10,201 nt of DNA from Armatimonadota bacterium (GTDB lineage: Bacteria; Armatimonadota; UBA5829; DTLH01), in contig JBDKSP010000107.1 in NCBI GenBank assembly GCA_039680575.1, forward strand, positions 1 to 10,201, written 5' to 3'. The notes under the pieces are model-generated. The model was not told the DNA's origin. It saw only the letters and a list, made by a program, of their open reading frames with translations, and searched no databases. Both the position numbers and the translations under genes were made by a program. Below, piece by piece: positions 7,211 through 10,201 of this stretch. The first letter of the stretch is position 1. Each line of letters starts with the position of its first letter.

Positions 7211-7636
7211 TTAAAATTCCGCATGCGGCTTCAGTCGTTTGGTCATGCGGATCCTGGCGGTCTTGTTCTTCCAGATGATATCGACTTTGTCCATCACTGT
7301 GTGCATGATATAAAGCCCCATGCCGCCCTCCTTCATGCCGTCTGGCGGCGGTGCGGGAACGGGACAAGGCTCTTCTCCGCTCAGCCTGTTTCTGACTTCT
7401 ATCTCAAGTAGTCCAGGGGTGACTTTGCAGGTAACAGTGATGAACGGATGGCTGCCGGTGGAACATCCGTGCTTTACGGCGTTGTTGCATGCCTCCCCGA
7501 CGGCGAGTTTGAGGTCATCGATATCTCCGGGGGTAAACTGCATCCTGTCCGCGATACCTGCAACAGCATGCCTTATGATTCCGATGTATTCAGCCGCGCT
7601 GGGTATTTCCAACCGGATTTGATGCACATCACTCAT
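7211..7636 (-). CDS. RsbW-like anti-sigma factor / Ser-Thr kinase (HATPase_c_2)
   Basis: LEIPS--EYI--IR, DLKLAVGEACNNAVKHG (N box), EGGMGLYIM--MDKV (G2 box). Lies 32 nt downstream of the PP2C gene. Confidence 0.9.
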   Translation of the reverse strand: MSDVHQIRLEIPSAAEYIGIIRHAVAGIADRMQFTPGDIDDLKLAVGEACNNAVKHGCSTGSHPFITVTCKVTPGLLEIEVRNRLSGEEPCPVPAPPPDGMKEGGMGLYIMHTVMDKVDIIWKNKTARIRMTKRLKPHAEF

Positions 7637-7668
7637 ATCGATTCCGCCTGATCCTTCTATATCGAAGT

Positions 7669-9963
7669 TTATATCACTTTCAGGACAATCAGAGCTACAT
7701 CATCGTGTGTTTCGGCAGCCGAAGTATCCATCAGTCTTGTGTAGATATTATCGGCGAGTTCTTGAGCGGACTTTAGCGGGCTGTTTGTTACGACCTCGGT
7801 TATATCACTTGTACCGAACCTGCTGTCTCTGGCGGCGGAGTCAATAACCCCATCGGTAAAGAGCACCAGGGTCGATCCGCTGTTGAGGGAAATCTCCTTT
7901 TCTTCATACTCTACATCCGGCTCGATGCCGATTAGAAGCCCATCCGCCTGCAGCCTTTCCATGGAACCGTTCTGGCGGACGAGGATCGGCGGCTCATGCC
8001 CCGCGCTGACGTAGCGAAATGACCGGTCGGATGCATCGAATATCCCATAGAACAGACTTATGAACACATCTGGCTGAGTCTCCTCACACGCAAAACGGTT
8101 CAAACGGCGGAGCACATCGGCTGGAGGGTTGTCCTCTACAGCATAGGCGCGCAGCACATGCTTCCCCATCGATATGTACATGGCCGCCGGCACGCTGTTT
8201 CCGGTGACATCGGCTATTACGATCCCCACCTTGCCGGGAGCCACGTTAATTACGTCGTAATAATCTCCGCCGACTTCATGGGCAGGGAGAAACTTGTGTC
8301 CTATGTCGAGCCCTTCCGCAGTCAGCGGGACTGTCGGCACGAGTTGGAACTGCAGGGTGTGTGCGATGTCATACTTATGCTTGTAGATAAGCGCGTTATG
8401 GATTGCAACACCCGCAAGTTTCGCAAACGCGCCAAGCATAACTATCTCCGCCTGAGAAAACGCGCGTGGCTTCCTGGAGAAAATACCTACAACCCCGACG
8501 ACCCTGCCGGCTGCGGTAAGGGGGCTGCATACCGCGCTTATCAAGCCTTCGAGTTCAGCTTCATCGCTTGCGTAAGGTGAATTCCGAGACAATTCGCAGC
8601 ATAAAGCGCCACCGGCAGCAAGCGCATCCTTCGCAATCGGCAGTGCAAGCTGCAGATAGGCGCTCTTTCTGTCCCGCTTGCGGAGCCCATGCCCGTCCAG
8701 ACAGCGAAACCTGCCGGTATCTGCATCGTAAGCAAGCAGGACACCTGCATCAGCGTTCGGTACAGACATAAACTTTTCAGATAGAAGAGAAAGGATCTCA
8801 TGCAGCTCCAGCGTGGAGGTAATAGCCTCGGACATCTGAAGGAGCGCTGACAACTCCGTCGTCCGGCGGTTCAATCGCTCGTAGAGCTGCGCGTTATCTA
8901 TCGCCAGCGCCACCTGGTTGGCCATGGTCGACAGAAATTCGACTTCTGCCGGGCCGAATCTCCGTCCGAGCTCGACAGTGCTTGTGTTTATCACTCCGAT
9001 GACCCGGCCTCGTGCCTTCAACGGCACGGACATAGCCGAAGTAATGTCGTCCCTGTAGCGGTTCATCTTGAAGCGTGGGTCCTGGCGCGCGTCGTGGACC
9101 AGGACAGGCTTTCCATGCTGGGCTACCCATCCGGCGATCCCCTCTCCGACTGCAGTCGATGCGGATTCCACAACTTTTTGGGGTAGTCCCTTGGCGGATT
9201 TTATCGTCAGAGTTTTCGCGTCTTCGTCGAGCAGCATAATCGACCCGACTGTCGCGCCGATTGCAAACAGGCACTGTTCGATTGCCAGGTCCAGAAGCCG
9301 GGTGAGGTCGAGCGTCGATATTACCGCCTCGCTGATCTTGTTTACTATCGAAAGCTCCTGAATTCTTCGATTTGCGACTTCGATAAGCTCTATATCGGAC
9401 GTCGAGATTATCCTTTTGTCGGAGTCAGGAAGAATATTGCCTGCAAGCCTGGATTTCCATACGGCAAACGCGGCCTGTCTGGCTACTGCGCTCAAGACTT
9501 CTATGTCGGGCGGTGAAAAAGCGCGAAGCGTGCCGGACATTGCGGCAACGGCTCCGCAGCAGCGGTCGCCGATTTTAAGAGGCACTGCGAGGAGAGATAC
9601 CGCACCCTGCTTTGCCAGTGCCTGCATCCCTTTTCGTTTATCGATACTTATATTCGGGACTACCACCGGGCTGCCGCGCTCGATACATTCCCTGATCGCA
9701 GCTTCTCCCGGAATGGATGTACGCCGGGCTGAAGGCTCGATCTGGTATGAGGCAGCGATCTCGATAACGCCCGAAGACTCATCGTAGACAAAAACAGCGC
9801 CGTAATCAGCCTGGAGGAGTACCGCACCGGTCTCCGCGGCAGCCGTAAGCGTTCCGCCGGGTGGATGACCGCTGGTAACAGCGTCTGACAGGTGTGAGAA
9901 CGCCAGGATGACTGCTTGATAATCAGCCATTTCCTGACCATCCACTCTAGCTATACCCTTCAT
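7669..9963 (-). CDS. Triple-GAF sensor with SpoIIE/PP2C phosphatase domain (RsbU-like)
   Basis: Three GAF-like repeats (SLLAVPL...F--DIEVL--VA-QAA; GEGIAGWVA...SAMSVPL...ANQVALAIDNAQLY; SAVCSPL...AGVAIHNALIY), then GGDYYD, IADVTG, SAGHEPP, FTDGV and DDVALIVL. RBS GAAAGGTG before ATG 9963. Confidence 0.93.
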   Translation of the reverse strand: MKGIARVDGQEMADYQAVILAFSHLSDAVTSGHPPGGTLTAAAETGAVLLQADYGAVFVYDESSGVIEIAASYQIEPSARRTSIPGEAAIRECIERGSPVVVPNISIDKRKGMQALAKQGAVSLLAVPLKIGDRCCGAVAAMSGTLRAFSPPDIEVLSAVARQAAFAVWKSRLAGNILPDSDKRIISTSDIELIEVANRRIQELSIVNKISEAVISTLDLTRLLDLAIEQCLFAIGATVGSIMLLDEDAKTLTIKSAKGLPQKVVESASTAVGEGIAGWVAQHGKPVLVHDARQDPRFKMNRYRDDITSAMSVPLKARGRVIGVINTSTVELGRRFGPAEVEFLSTMANQVALAIDNAQLYERLNRRTTELSALLQMSEAITSTLELHEILSLLSEKFMSVPNADAGVLLAYDADTGRFRCLDGHGLRKRDRKSAYLQLALPIAKDALAAGGALCCELSRNSPYASDEAELEGLISAVCSPLTAAGRVVGVVGIFSRKPRAFSQAEIVMLGAFAKLAGVAIHNALIYKHKYDIAHTLQFQLVPTVPLTAEGLDIGHKFLPAHEVGGDYYDVINVAPGKVGIVIADVTGNSVPAAMYISMGKHVLRAYAVEDNPPADVLRRLNRFACEETQPDVFISLFYGIFDASDRSFRYVSAGHEPPILVRQNGSMERLQADGLLIGIEPDVEYEEKEISLNSGSTLVLFTDGVIDSAARDSRFGTSDITEVVTNSPLKSAQELADNIYTRLMDTSAAETHDDVALIVLKVI

Positions 9964-10014
9964 TCTGGGTCACCTTTCACTCACAAGAGGGATCTGACCG
10001 GCCAGTCAAGTACG

Positions 10015-10043
10015 AGTATATCAACCAGCTATATGTGTGTCAA
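10015..10043 (-). promoter_or_regulatory. Sigma70-type promoter for the GAF-PP2C / RsbW-like pair
   Basis: Minus strand TTGACA (10043-10038), 17-nt spacer, TATACT (10020-10015) with an extended -10 TG. Confidence 0.8.
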
Positions 10044-10079
10044 GAACTGTTGCAATAGTTCAGAGTTGATGATTACAAC

Positions 10080-10201
10080 GTCATGCTGAGCTTGACTCAG
10101 CATCCAGGAAGAAAATGGACCCTGAATCTATGGATTATCGGCTATAGCCGATAATCTTCCGGGAGAGTTTCAGGTGTAACCTGAAACTCCTTAGTTCAGG
10201 G
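10080..10201. repeat. Family A REP-like doublet; second palindrome interrupted and running off the window end
   Basis: GTC-ATGCTGAG-CTTGA-CTCAGCAT-CC (10080-10105), then TGGACCCTGAATC (10116-10128) ... AGTTCAGGG (10193-10201). These match the two halves of TGGACCCTGAATCAAGTTCAGGG at 485-507. Confidence 0.8.
10129..10193 (+). mobile_element. Family B minimal double-hairpin element (MITE-like) flanked by TA
   Basis: TA (10129-10130), perfect 24-bp palindrome GATTATCGGCTATAGCCGATAATC (10133-10156), linker TTCCGGGA, hairpin GAGTTTCAGGT-GTA-ACCTGAAACTC (10165-10189), TA (10192-10193). Confidence 0.6.

Overview
Bacterial chromosomal window. It carries a secreted, membrane-anchored HEXXH metallopeptidase-like protein and an Ig-like (Big_5-type) lipoprotein on the + strand. 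The - strand carries a triple-GAF PP2C phosphatase (RsbU-like), an RsbW-like anti-sigma kinase, a truncated NuoE/HoxE-like ORF, glutamate dehydrogenase, folE2-queC and a cytidylate-kinase-like protein. The genes are mostly ordinary. The unusual signal is intergenic: a dispersed family of short TA-bounded palindromic elements whose conserved arms enclose either a few nt or an unrelated ~32-36 nt (once 72 nt) sequence. One copy appears inserted, with a TA duplication, into a second REP-like palindrome family. There is also a densely base-paired ~170-nt segment at 186-358 that may be a structured RNA. All calls come from manual motif recognition; no searches were run.
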